NCBI GenBank assembly: GCA_015680685.1 | Contig: MNCI01003377.1 | Coordinates: 764,708-828,707 of the forward strand | Direction: 5' to 3' | DNA: 64,000 nt | From: Gnetum montanum | Lineage: Eukaryota > Plantae > Gnetophyta | Part shown: positions 1 through 12,949 of the stretch, piece after piece | Layout: each line of letters opens with the position of its first letter | Numbering within the stretch: position 1 is the first letter of the stretch | The notes under the pieces: generated by a model | What the model saw: the letters and a program-made list of their open reading frames with translations, nothing else | Database searches by the model: none | What the model was told of the DNA's origin: nothing | Position numbers and translations under genes: made by a program

Positions 1-429
1 CTAGTACTAGCTCATATAGGCAAAGTGATCTGGATCATTCATGATCCATAGGATAAGGAAGAATAGATGATGGTACTTATGAATGTCTTCCAACTTTTAG
101 AGATATTAATAGTAGTGGAAGGGTAATCTAGACCTCTAGTAGAGTAGGGATGTGATGAAGGATCCTTTATACCATAGGAGCCTTCACCTTCAAGCATGGT
201 ATGAAGACTTTATCTCATCTTCCTAGCAATTTGTGTCAAAGTGTCGAAATTATTTGTAAATTGCACCAATTTTGTATCCATGAAAATTAGAAGTCAAAAT
301 GGCACTTAAGAGTTATTTGGTTTTGTTTCTTATAGTTAGTTAGTTAATTCCATACTTCTCTAAATTTTCTAAGAAACTCGATTTCATTTTGTTCACTCAA
401 GGATGAGTTTTTAGTGAGTTGTGGGGATA

Positions 430-1303
430 TGATGAAGTGTTAATAAACTAGTTTCATCAACACATGCTTGCCAATCTAGCCCCATCGATGCATCCTAGGA
501 TGTGATGGCACATATGCATTGACATTGATCCTCCCAAAGCCTATGTAAGTACATACCCTAGCTACATTTATGGCACTATTGGTAATTCCCTTAGCTCAAC
601 TCTTGTAATTTTCTTTCATAGGACTTAGCAAAATTTTCCTCTAAGTGCTTGTAGCATGGATTGAACTAATTGTATAGAATTTTATTTAAGTGCAATATGT
701 ACTTGGACATAGTTTCATGAAAGGAAATAAAATTGAGGTTCCTTCTCTTCATTGTAGCACTTGGATTAGCTTAACTTTACTTTCAAGCATTTTACCTTAT
801 ATGCAGTTTGCTTTGTTGTACTTAAGCATTTAATATTTTATTTCATAAATAATGTTAGTATGATCACTTTGAGCATAATATACTAATTCTTGGTAATCCT
901 AGCAATGAATACTTAGTACGCCCAACAATAAACACTTAATAACCTAGAAATGCTAGTATATGTTTAAGATATGTATGGAAAGTGGAAACTGATGCTTCAC
1001 ATTTAGGATAGTTTGGTTATTAATTTGTTAAATTTTAATATGTCAATCACTTCATTCTTTAGTAATTTTTCAAATAAAAAGAATAAAATTATAAATATAA
1101 ATATCTTACACCTTGATCACACTTAGCCATATGTACGAAGTTAATATAAGTGATGATTAAAAAGATGATGACTAGTAACTGCATGTTTTTACTATCTAGG
1201 ACATAGGCCACTTAGGTAGAAGGCATCTATAGAATTTGACTAGATCATACATACATACTTGTGATTTATATGATTGTGTTTAGGAAATACCAATTTCTCA
1301 TCA
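430..1303 (+). repeat. 3' LTR (~870 bp) of an Athila-like element (family C) whose body lies left of the window
   Basis: Preceded by PPT-like ttgtggggata, the same as the PPT of the 42184-50918 element (reverse complement at ~43054-43066). Starts TGATGAA, ends CTCATCA, same length as the family C LTRs, and shares blocks such as cttggtaatcctag and a gatc..catac..cttgtgatt block with the LTR at 61766-62844. Confidence 0.7.
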
Positions 1304-2399
1304 CTATACTTTCCCTCTTTTCTATAGTGATGTAAGGATGAAGATGTTGGTCTAAGATAGTCCTCACATTCGCCTCTTTAATTTTTAAGTGTATCCTTTC
1401 CTACATTTTTTGTTGCTCCATGATGAGTTTTATATTTTTTTATCTTTTCCATGATCTATTTGATTATATAATTTAGATTAGAAAGGAAAGGAGGCTAATC
1501 ATTGGCTTGCTCATATTTTATCATGAACTTGAATGAAATACCTTTAAAAAATACATTTATAGCTCAAGTAGAAAGGTCCTTTTTGAGTAGTTTGTATGTA
1601 AATCTAAAATGGGGAATATGCATATAAGTAGCCCTATAAATGCTTCAGAAATTTCTTTTGTGATCTTTCTTTTGCTCAAAATTCTTCTAAATGTAATCCT
1701 AGAATAAGACATAAAATTTCTAGCATGAATGTAGTCAAGCATGTTTTTTTCATACTGTATTTGGCAAAATGTGTTGCAAAAGTTATTGCTAAAGAGGATA
1801 AGATTTTTTATTATACTTGATAGATTAGCTAACTACTTCAGCATAAAAATAGCATGCTTTGTGTATATAAAAGTTAGAATCAGTACTTCACAAAGTTAGC
1901 ATGCTTTGTGTATATAAAAGTTGCTTTTAGTACTTTAAGAATTTTAAGTAGATTTTAGACTTTGGACACACTTCGAAAATTTCCAGTAGTGAAGAAAAGA
2001 GTAACATAAACTAGTGATGATAACCATGAATCTTGATTTACATCAATCTAGTGTCCTAAAGCAACTTCTCTCCTTCCTCCACATAGGAGAGTCTTAAAGT
2101 AGTCTATTCTAGAGAAGGACTTTCACAAAGTAAAAATATCTAGGAAGCAAGATCTTGAGGTAGGTTTTTAAGCTCTATGCATGGAATTTTTCTTCTATCA
2201 TTTTCAAGCATAGATCACCTAGAAGTTAGCTAGCATCTAGAGAAATTCTATAACTAGATCAACCTTGAAGCCTTCCCCTCTATGGCTAAGAATCTAGAAT
2301 TCCTTGGATCCTTTGTGCCTAGATCTATACATTCTAAACTTTTATGTATGATTTAATATAAGTTTTATAGTATTTTGAACACTATTTGTCTTTACCTTT

Positions 2400-2647
2400 C
2401 CATCATTTTATTTCTTATTAAAAATATACTAGATCTAACAAGCCTGTTATGTTTATATGTGATTTTTTCATTTTCATATGTGTTGCATTCATTACCAAAC
2501 CTTAAGTCCTTAGGTGATTGAAAATATTATGCAAGATCATCTAAGGCACTCTAGGTCTACTTCTTAGGCCCATGTAGATCTAGGGTTGAATTTGTACTTC
2601 TACAAAGTACTTTGGTCCTCTAGCATCCAAATTGTTTCATTGTTATA
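2400..2647 (+). repeat. 3' end of the probable 5' LTR of family A copy A1
   Basis: aagtccttaggtgattg...catctaaggcactcta matches the LTR ends of A4 (minus strand near 24590-24630) and A3 (~40600-40640). Followed by a very degenerate PBS-like tggttctaaaagaag at 2654. Left boundary not resolved. Confidence 0.4.
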
Positions 2648-3120
2648 GTTTTTTGGTTCTAAAAGAAGCATCTTCAGTGTTTTTCTTACATTGCCATTAT
2701 GTTTTGTAACATTTAGCATAAATTCTTTGTCCTTTAATTTCTTTGTTTTTCCATTCCTCTTTACAATCCCTATTTATGTTGCTTTATTCCTAGTTTATAC
2801 TACATAGTATAAACCCCCAATTACACTCTCACACTACACCTTTGAAAATCCTTATTTTATGCTATCATCTCCTTTGTGGAAATTTTGCTATCCTCATGAA
2901 TATAGATCCCTAAAAATCATGCTACATAATATACACCACCTAAAACACATTGTATTATTTGTGTTCTAGTGATCACACTACTATAATTATGATATTACAA
3001 ATATGCTACTTGACTTTTCCAATTTATGTCATATATCATTTCTTGCTCATATTGTAACATTTGGTTTTTAGCTAGTGTATGATTTATTCTTCCTCTATTT
3101 TACCATATATCATCATTAAC

Positions 3121-5985
3121 ATGGCTAGCAAATAGAACTCTTTTCGTATTTATAATCCCAAAAACCATACCATTGTAGAACATTGTCATTTTCTTAGATG
3201 TTTAGTCCAAGATTCTTCCTTTTCAAACATCACTAAAGACTTCTACAATTTTGTCTCTACCAAAATAAAAGCTAGCCTATGTATCCTACACAAGAAGATT
3301 AACTCTAAATGCTAATATGAATTAATCCATAGGAATGGAAAAGAATATATTCCTTTCCCCATACAACAAGATTGAACTTATATATTTTTATGTTAACATG
3401 TTGATCAACTTATTGACATTGATGAGGAAGTTAGAGCTTATGAGGATGTTTTTCAAGAATAAAGTTATGGTGACATAGCTAATTTGAGTAGTTTCTTTGA
3501 GGTTGACACATAGATGGAGGAACCATTACAAGACACAGTCTCTAATGCTTTCTTGATTAACTTATCCCAAACATCCTTGGTCATTTCTCAAATTTCCCTT
3601 GTTCTATCAATTACATGAAGCAGTCGAAATATCACATATAAACACCAAATTCACCACTATATTCCCTATTCCTTAAGTAACAAACATGTTCTAGTCTCAT
3701 CCAATTTACCACCCCTAGCCTTCTTTCTCCATGCACCAACCTATTACAACTACAAGTATCATGTCTTTACAAAAATACACCCACCTACAAACATTATTCT
3801 CATTATTTAATATTTCCTTTGCTACACCTATGCATTCCATAACATCCATGCCTCAACTAGTCACCTAAAGAGTTTCCAGCTAGTCTATGTTAGCTATATT
3901 TTAACCCATTCAAATACCTTAAGGTTTGGACCAAGCTTTTCAAATGATACAAGATCTTTCTAAAGAACTATGAAAAGTTAAAGCAAGCATATCTCATGCT
4001 ATCAAAATAATGAACTTTTTTTTATGATGATCTCATCATTCTAATGTACCACAAATAACCTTTTCAACTAGAATTTCTATTTCAAATTTCACCAAGTATA
4101 ATGGTAAAGGAGACTTCAGTGCTCATCTAAACATAGTTTGATCCTGGTATCTCCTAGTACAGTCTTGGTCCCATATCATAGTACAGGTATTTCCTATGTC
4201 TCTCATAGGAAAATTCTTAGATTGATACCATTTGTTACCTAGGAATTTCATCAAATACATAGATGACCTAATCACCCAATTTGTTAATTACTTCAAGTAT
4301 AACTTGAAGTTAGATACCATGCAAGATCAACTCATGAGGGTGCGGAAAGGCCCTCTAAAGCTAGTCCAAAAGTTTATTGAAAGGAGGAATTTAACCCTAA
4401 ATGAAATTCATGAGCCTATCTTTGAGGTCCACTTACTAGAAATATTTAATGGGGAAATTAATGACTTTCTCAAGTTTAAGCCTTACAACTTAAATTTTCA
4501 CATAATTGATCAAGCTTTTCAATAGGTCGAAGACATTAAAGAAGTGGTGAAGGCTTGTAATGATTTGACCTACATAGCCTATAAGAGCTAACATGCTAAG
4601 AAAGATAAATACAAGGCTAAGAAAAAATCAACACATACAAGTGTGGCTACTATGGCTAAACACTATAAATAAGATGAGAAACCACAACATTAAACATCAT
4701 AGCCACAATCATCACACTTAACATCTTTTGTTTTCACTTAACCATTAGTATTCTCTACTTCAAGCCAAATGAGCTCTAAATTTGAATCAAAGACTTGTCT
4801 AAATATACTATGCCCATGAAACCCTTGGAACTCCTTGATCTATTACTTAAAAACAATCACATTCAACATAAGAAGTTATTAGAAAATGCTAGGAATATAT
4901 GCAACTATCTTTATGTAGCAATTAAAGATCCCATTGTGTTCATAAGAGATGATCCACTTCTACCTAAGTTTTTCCATTATCATCAAGTACCAAGTCACAA
5001 GATTGATTTTTTTCCTTGCCTTAAATAATGATTTACAAAAAATGATTGATAATGAAGATCTCATGTTAGATGAATCCAATCTAGTTAGGATCCAAAATTA
5101 GAATATGTAGGTGTTTGAGAATGCTTTAAATGTAGTCCATATATGATAGCAACATTTTTTGAAACAAATGAGTCTAATACACCTAAGAAATCTTTTGTAA
5201 TCTAAGGATTCCATGCTAATAAATCTCGATCCTAGGTATCACCGTCGAAACCTAAAGAAACCTCCATCATTAGAGTATAGCCTTAAGTTCCCATAAAACC
5301 TTTCATCATAAGGGTTTCACTAGAAAATTTTGTATAATTCCAACAAATGATGGTAGTTCCTCCAACTACCAAAGAATCTTTTGTTTTTTAGGTACCCCCA
5401 AACTATGCTACCACAACTAGGTAAAGTTCTCTCATTGTAGCTAACACACCTACTTCATCCCTAATGACTAGAAAATGTTCCTCATCATGAGCCCATAAGA
5501 AGCCTAATGAGACTAAATTGTCAGCCAAACTTGAGAATAACTATTAGGTGAGGGAGGAATAGAAGTAGATAGTTTTTCCTAAGCCCACATCTACATTGAC
5601 TATACTGATGAATCCATCATCCAAACCGACAACAAGAAGTTAAACAAAAGAGGCTCCTAAAATAAAAATCAACAAACAACCAAAGCAACCTATGCTAAAA
5701 CATGATCTAAAGATGATGAGCAAGATAGAGGAGGTAAAAGCTACCAAGAATGATAAGGTTCAAACCAATGAAAATGACTTCCTTATAGTCATAAAATAGG
5801 TCAAATAGTTACTAAAATAAAAGAATGCATTGTTGAGTCTCTACAATCTAGTCCTAACTTCTCAGATAAATTGTAGCACTTTAATTAAACTTTTATTTTC
5901 TATTATTGTAAATGAAGATATTCTTACGAAATAGAAAGTATTTTTTCTATCATCACATCAATTTCTAATCATAAAATGATAGAGT
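3121..5985 (+). pseudogene. gag: Degenerate gag of Ogre/Tat-like gypsy element A1, cut by insertion of element B
   Basis: Retrotransposon gag motif FTKYNGKGDFSAHL at ~4085-4130, plus ORF fragments 4232-4525 and 4795-5028. Collinear with 23129-24465/40729-41760 and with the minus-strand gag at 28500-29450 (e.g. LSLYNLVLTS vs LSLYDLVMTS). Many stops and frameshifts. Confidence 0.85.
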
Positions 5986-8900
5986 TGTTATAACAATTAG
6001 CCACTTTGATGGAACAACAATTTCTATGTTAGTCTACTAGCATTAAAGTAAAGCTCAACATACCTAAGGAATTGATTAATTTGAATGAATGGTAGAGTAA
6101 GAAGTATTACTATAATATTTCTTGGAATTTGCCATGGATAATGACGTAAGCTATGTTACAAATTAAACAAAATTAAGCCCTAAAATGAAGGAAAATTCCA
6201 AAGGAAATTGCTCACAAATATGCTAGAAATTTAAGAACTATTTTATTCACTTGATCGTCTTTTGAAGTAAGAGGATTTTAAGGCTTAGCATTCTACAATA
6301 ATGTTTTGGTCATTAATAGAGCAAGGCTTAATTTTCATTTATGGAAAACCAATCTCTCAATATGATCGAGCTAAGATTTAATGTATGGAATTTTTAGTAA
6401 AAAAATCCTAAGAGAAAATTTTGAAGAATTTTTAACAAAGATGTCATTTAAATTAAAGGATTCATGATGAAAATTTTGAGGAAAAGGGTTTTAAAGCTAT
6501 TCTTATTTGACAATTATAGAAGCTTGTTAAATTTCTAAATAGTTGGAGGATCTAGGGTTTCAAATTTAGAATCAATACCATGTAGGATAATTAAGTTAAG
6601 ATATTAAAGATAGGACTTACATGAGTTGAATTAGAACAAGCATGCACTCTATTTACTTGTCAGCTAAACTAGGATCAACAAAAATGTAATCACAGAACTT
6701 ATGAATTAATTTAATCTAAATGAGCATTGGAATAAATAAATGAGTGCTAGGGAAACCCTCATTTCAAGAAAAGGGGCTTGATTTGAATCTAAAAAGGGGT
6801 TGTTAAAGTATGATAACACATCAACTTGTATAGGAGAAAATTGTTTCTACAAAGATTATGAAAAATGGCTCTACCAAATAAGCTTTGCTATTATAAGAAG
6901 GTTACAAAGTTGGAAAATGACTCTATTTGAGAATATGCTTAATGGCTTTGCCATGTTAACTTTAGCTTATGTTAAAGGATACATAGATCCAAAAAGTAGT
7001 TCTACAAAATGGATCTATAGAAAAATCCCTTTTTGGTACCATGTTAGCTTCATTAACATGGAAAATACTCATAGGGCTTCAAAATTATTCTCCCACATCA
7101 TGTCATAAAAGAGGTTCATAGAGCTTTAAAGTGGTTCTATATAGCAGCTCTATCACATAAATTTTTAAGCCCTAGTTTGTATAACCAAATAGAGAGAAAA
7201 CAAATTAGTTCTATAAGCCATATGATCATTTTATAAAGAATGGCTAAGGATTCCAATAAGCCACATTAGCTTGTAGAAATAGTTCACAAGACGAAATTTA
7301 ATTCCATGAAAGAGTTTCATTTTAACTCTACCATGATAGCATCTACAAAGAGCAAGTTCTTAGAACAAAAACTAGCTCTATGAAGTAGTTCTATGAGCAA
7401 TATTAGCATCTACAACATAAGCTTCAACTAGAGAGCATCTTTCGTAGAGCCAAAAATTTATTCTATAGGTAAGCTTAGAAATGACTCTGTCATATTAGCT
7501 CATAGAGCAAGCTCATAGAATTGAAAAATGACTCTATAAAATGGTTCTTCCATGATAGACCATTATGTAATGCTAGATTTGTAGAGTTAAAAGGTGTTTC
7601 TACAAAGAAGTTCTACCACGTAAACTCCCTAGTTACTGCATCTTCCTAGAATAGAAATATGGATCTACTAAGTAATGTAAAAGTAGTTTATGAGAAACAT
7701 TTGCTGAATGGATTTTCCTGACCATGTCAACTCGATAAATCTACTTCACCATGTTAGCTCCTTAGTAAAAAAATCTATAGAGTTGGAAAAAAAACTCTAT
7801 AAACATAGAAAATGATTCTACAAGCTGACATTAGCATCGAGAGGCCTACAAAAGCTAGGTATAAAGTCACTTTTCCATGACAGCTATTTTGTAGAATGAG
7901 CTTGTAGAGCAAGAAAATGGTTCTATAAATAGCTCTAAAATAGTTCTCTGAGCCACATTAGCACCTACCACATTAGCGTCTACTACATCATCTCTTTAGT
8001 AGAAAAAATTTGAAAAACCTAAAGATGGTTCTACGAAATGATTTTATAAATAATGACTAAAGATTTTCACAAGCCATGTTAGATTAAATAGAGGTACATT
8101 AGGCTCACAAAAAGTTATGAGATCAAATTATGTACATGCACATTATACTTTTAATCTAACTCGGCAAACAAAGGCAAGGGAATATGATGCAGCATGCAGA
8201 GATGAAAATTAAATCTACAAAGAAGGAAAAAGATGGTTCTACATGCCATGTCAACGTCTGCCACATTAGCTTCATTTGTAGGAAAATCTTATAGAGCCTA
8301 AAAATGGTTCTACCAATAATCTCTGAAATGGTTTTATAAAGTTCTACCACATCAGCTCTAGGGATAGTTCATAAAGCTTAAAATGGATTTTACAATAGTT
8401 AAAAAAGAACGTGATATATCTTATAGAACTAAAATATGATTTTATGGAAAATCTCAACAATCATTGTTCCATGTCAACTCTTCTAAAGAAAAATCTATAG
8501 AACCAAAAAATGGCTCCACAAACAAGCTTAGAAATTGATTTTACATGTTGATGTTAGGATAATCTTTTAATGAAGTAGATCAAAGAAACCAAACCTCATG
8601 ACATGTAACAAGAACCAAGACAAAAAACCTATCTAAAATTAAGAGGATGGATTTCAAGCCATAAATCTATAAATGAATAGAGCCAAGAATCAAAATAGAG
8701 CTCAGTGTAGTGTAAAGTTGCCATTAAAGCTCAAAGTAGTGACTCTAAAGAAATAAGCCTTATTTGAAACATCGATAGAAAGGCGTTAAAATTTTTGATT
8801 TAGTAAGAGATAAAAGAAAATCATCACCTTAGTTTAGACAGGATTACATAAATATCATGATGATAATTACTAGTATCTTGAAGGAAATCACCAAAAAAAT

Positions 8901-10048
8901 CTTGAATTAAAATAAGTTTAGATCAACGCAAGAGCTACTTCAATAAAAATAACAAATTTCCTAACTAAAAGAATTTTGGGAGAAACAAACACTAAAGATG
9001 TCTTTAAATAAGCTTAATGACACTAAACTATATTTAATGAATCAAGCTATTAAGGTTTGTCTCAATTATGGAAGGTTACCTTAGTAGCTATTAATTAAAG
9101 AGCTCCAAATTTAGAGAATGAAGGAAAATTTACTAAGAAACCAAACAACTAACCAATAGCCTTAAATTATCTAAAGAGAAAATGTGGGATACAAAGCTTA
9201 AATTTTTAAAACTATTTTAATTTCCAATGGCTATTATACAAATCCTAGAGTAAAAGCTTAAAAAAGGGAGGATCTAGAGGCCTTGTCTAGAGAAAAAGGG
9301 GAGGAGGATTTAGAAGAAATCTTGTAATGATTGTTTCATGTAATGGAATTCTAAGTAGGTTCTATCTATCTCTTCTAGCTTTCATTTCTTAGCTAGCTTT
9401 TCTAATTAAATAGCTTTTCCTATTTTGCCTAGCTAAAGTATTGCATAGTTATGCATGAATGGATTGTTAGTTTTGGAATAGGCTATTTTCTCTATGATTA
9501 GAGGTTTAGATTATTTGTGTTATTCTAGTTAGATGGAATAACTTCAATAAGGATCAGTTCTTAATGATCTTAGCATAGAAATATTTTCATCTTTATATTT
9601 TGAACTTTTATGAATAATTTTATCTCCTTAATATCTTGCTTTATTTAGCAAAACTTTTGATCTAGCTTCGAGAAGTTAGCTAGTAGATAGCTTAAAATTT
9701 AAGCATGATGTTTTCTATAAAACTGCCCATTTGCTATATGTGTATATTGCAACATTCAAAGTTATACTTATAGGAGAGCTATTCAATTTCTTTATTTATG
9801 TTAAGATACAACTAGAAAAGATAGTCATCAAATACATATAAGGCAAACAATTCCATAAATAAATATTTTTATTTCATAAATAAATCTTTATTGTTATTTA
9901 CACTTAGTTATATTTAGCTCATTTATAAAAATAGAGGCTATTTAAAGGTATCCATGTGTTGGTGGTACCAGAGACTAGCAACCACCTAGAATGAGTTTAA
10001 CTAAAAGCTATTCCTTATGGCGGAGTCATTCTTGATTCTACCATAATA
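5986..10048 (+). repeat. 5' LTR of element B (~4.06 kb)
   Basis: tgttataacaattagccacttt matches tgttaaaataattagtcacttt at 16122 and stays collinear for over 3 kb. Ends a few bases before the PBS; terminal CA apparently decayed to TA. Confidence 0.85.
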
Positions 10049-10055
10049 GCTTAAT

Positions 10056-10071
10056 TGGCACTAGAAGAAGG
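10056..10071 (+). promoter_or_regulatory. Primer-binding site, tRNA-Asn type
   Basis: tggcactagaagaagg vs TGGCGCTAGAAGGAGG (complement of the plant tRNA-Asn 3' end), two G>A changes; lies just after the LTR. Confidence 0.75.
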
Positions 10072-10159
10072 ACTTATCTTGTTGATTTATATTAAAGATT
10101 TTTAGCTCATATTAAATTAAAATATGATATAAGAAATTTAAGTTAGTTATTTTGGCTCA

Positions 10160-11500
10160 TGTTTGGTTCCTCAGATAAATTAGAAGATTTCAAAAGTCCA
10201 ACAAGTACATTTGAACTTAAGACTAGAACTACATCAATAGAAACTAAAACCATAATTAGAAATTTAAGTAGTGAAATTAAGACATGACATACTAGAACAT
10301 CACCATTAGTTAAGGTCTTGTATTTCAAATGGAAAGCTAAATTAAAAATAGGATAATCAAGTGAAACTCATAGTTTCCAAATAATGACAAATTCACTTTT
10401 TGTTAACCCATTCCAACTATCCATACCTTTGATGTTCAATGCTTATTATGATATCCCTAAAACATCTTATAAGTATCTTCTAGAACCATATGCTCTTGGT
10501 AAAGCTTATTTAGTAGAGGAATATTAACATCCATTTGAGCTAGCTCTTGTTCATGCAAATATTTAACATCAAGATCAAGAATGCAAACTATTTATAGGTA
10601 ACCTTAAAGACATGACTCAAGTTGATATTTACAATTACCAAATAATAGTATCACTAGTTGGGATAATATGAAAGCCTTATTTATAGCTCAGTTTGATAAT
10701 CAAATTCAAAAACATTAGCTATATAGTGGCCTAGTTCAAATGAAGTAGAAAAATAAAGAATTAGTAATAGAATTCAACATAAAACTCCAAATATTTTGTA
10801 GTTTCTTTCAGAATCAATTCTGACCAAGTAATGAAATTTTAAGATATGCTTATGTAAATGTGATAGATCCTAAAATCTTAATTTGGTTATGAATAACTTC
10901 AAATGTTAATAATTTAGTAGACCTTTATAACAAAGCCTTATAATTGGAAAGACAATTAAATTTAATCCCTTATAATACACCCTTTTGTAAAAGAGCCTCA
11001 AAAAGAAATATTTCCTATCCAAAGTTTCACTTAACCCATGACACTACCTTCAATTAATATTTCTATAGAATTTCATAAATATAGAATTTTGAAAGAAATG
11101 TCAAAAAAAATTATCAAATGATAAAAGACTATGTCAAAAGTAAAAATTAAGGAATATAGAAAATTTAGATAAGATAAAAAAATTAGATATTTAGGATGAA
11201 TTTGAAAATTATAAATCAAGTAAAGCCTTAGATTATTTCAACATAATAGAATTTGTAGAGAAATTTCAAGAATTATCACACATAAGAGTATATTACATAG
11301 AAAAGGTCATCTATCAATGAGACATGTAAGAGTTTAGAATTAGGATACTTATCTAATAATAATTTCAATACTAATGAGAAACCTAAATATGACCTTAGGA
11401 GTAAAAAAGAGATCATGACAACATTTAGACCTCCAAATACAATATTGAAGCCTATCAAAAAATAGAAATAAAAAAAAAATCTCAACCTTATAAAGAAGAT
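10160..11500 (+). pseudogene. gag: Degenerate gag of element B
   Basis: Gag-like fragments (YDIPKT..., LPNNSITSWDNMKALFIAQF at ~10635-10695) between the PBS and protease; many stops. Confidence 0.65.
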
Positions 11501-11749
11501 CATGAAGATCCTCTCCCAAGAATGTTTAAGAATCTAAGATTTTATGGTGAAGGAAAGTATGGCATAATAGAAGACTTGAAAAGGATTGAAGCTAATATTA
11601 GTTTATATCAATTAATTCAAATGGAAGGATACTCTAAATGAAATTTAGAAGAAATTAAAAATAAGAAGAAAGTAGGTGATGTTGCTATGAACTATATTTA
11701 TAATAGTGATAAGTCTATTAGTAAACCACAAGTCATAGCTCACAAAGAT

Positions 11750-12690
11750 GCTCCTCCTTTCCTATTGACTCTCAAGTTGAAAGATAGAGATCTACATAAT
11801 TGTCTAGTTGATTCAAAAGCCACTTAAACATTAATTTCTTTGACAATATGCAATTAGCTAGAATTAAGACTAGAACAATTAGATAAGAAAATTGTTTAAT
11901 TTGACAAGAGGAGAGTCAAAATAGTAGGCCAATTATCAAACATGATACATCAATTAGCTTCAAATACGAGGATCAAAAGTAGAGTTATCATCTAAGTAGC
12001 TAATATTCTAGATTCTTATAGTTTATTGTTAATTAGAAGTTAAAGGTGAACTTTTTATGGATACATAGCTATAGATTATTCACATATGTGGTTGCCATGG
12101 AAAGGAGAACCAAATCAGATATATATATATAGTGATCCATTGATGATAAAGAATGTGACTTTAGATAAGAAAAATAAGAGAGTTAAATCTAGAAAGTTGA
12201 ATTAGGAGTTACCTCAATCCAAGAAATACAAATTATGCATTCTACATAATTGTCTAGTTGATTTAGAAGCCACTTAAACATTAATGCCTTTGAAAATATG
12301 CAATCAGCTGGAATTAAGACTAAAACAATTAGATAAGAAAATTGTTTAAGTTGACAAGAGGAGAGTCAAAATAGTAGGCCAATTATCAAACATGATACAT
12401 CAATTAGCTTCAAATACGAGGATCAAAGTAGAGTTATCATCTAAGTAGCTAATATTTTGGATTCTTATAATTTATTGTTAATTAGAAGTTAAAGCTGAAA
12501 TTTTTATGGATACATAGCTATGGATTATTCACATATGTGGTTGCCATGGAAAGGAGAACCAAATCAAATCTATACATATAGTGAGCCATTGATGATAAAG
12601 AATGTGACTTTAGAGCAGAAAAATAAGAGAGTTAAATCTAGAAAGTTGAATTAGGAGTTAGCTCAATCCAAGAAATACAAATTATGCATT
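11750..12690 (+). pseudogene. Aspartic protease domain of element B, tandemly duplicated (11791-12240 / 12241-12690)
   Basis: PPFLLTLKL..LHNCLVDSKAT (D-S-G type motif, decayed) ... VANILDSYSLLL ... DYSHMWLPWKG; the 450-bp unit is repeated with scattered substitutions. Confidence 0.85.
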
Positions 12691-12714
12691 CTAATGATTA
12701 ATCAAAACAATTCT

Positions 12715-12930
12715 AGTAGTTTTATTTTGACGAGGCTTGTAATTCTAAAGGATTAGGAATTAGTATTTTTCTAGTTAGAGTAGGACATCAAGTAGAATTA
12801 AAAGTTATACAATTAGATTTTCCTTGTACTAATAATAGAGCTAAATATGAAGATCTATGTATAGGGTTGAGAATGGCTCATGAAAAAGGAATTATGAAGT
12901 TAGAGATTAAAGAGGACTTTAAACTCATTT
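12715..12930 (+). pseudogene. Additional (archaeal-type) RNase H, upstream of the RT position
   Basis: YFDEACNSKGLGISI...LDFPCTNNRAKYEDLCIGLRMAHEKGIMKLEIKEDFKLI fits the aRH pattern FDG...F.CTNN.AEYE.L..GL..A...G...L.I.GDS.L. Confidence 0.85.
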
Positions 12931-12949
12931 CATTGAATTGAATCCATTC

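Noticed and set aside
6800-8350. Short ORFs in LTRs (6800-7108, 8156-8350, also 17027-17209) and other 60-110 aa ORFs antisense to gag/pol
   Set aside because: Frames are not conserved between LTR copies or are shadows of TE coding strands; no recognisable domains.
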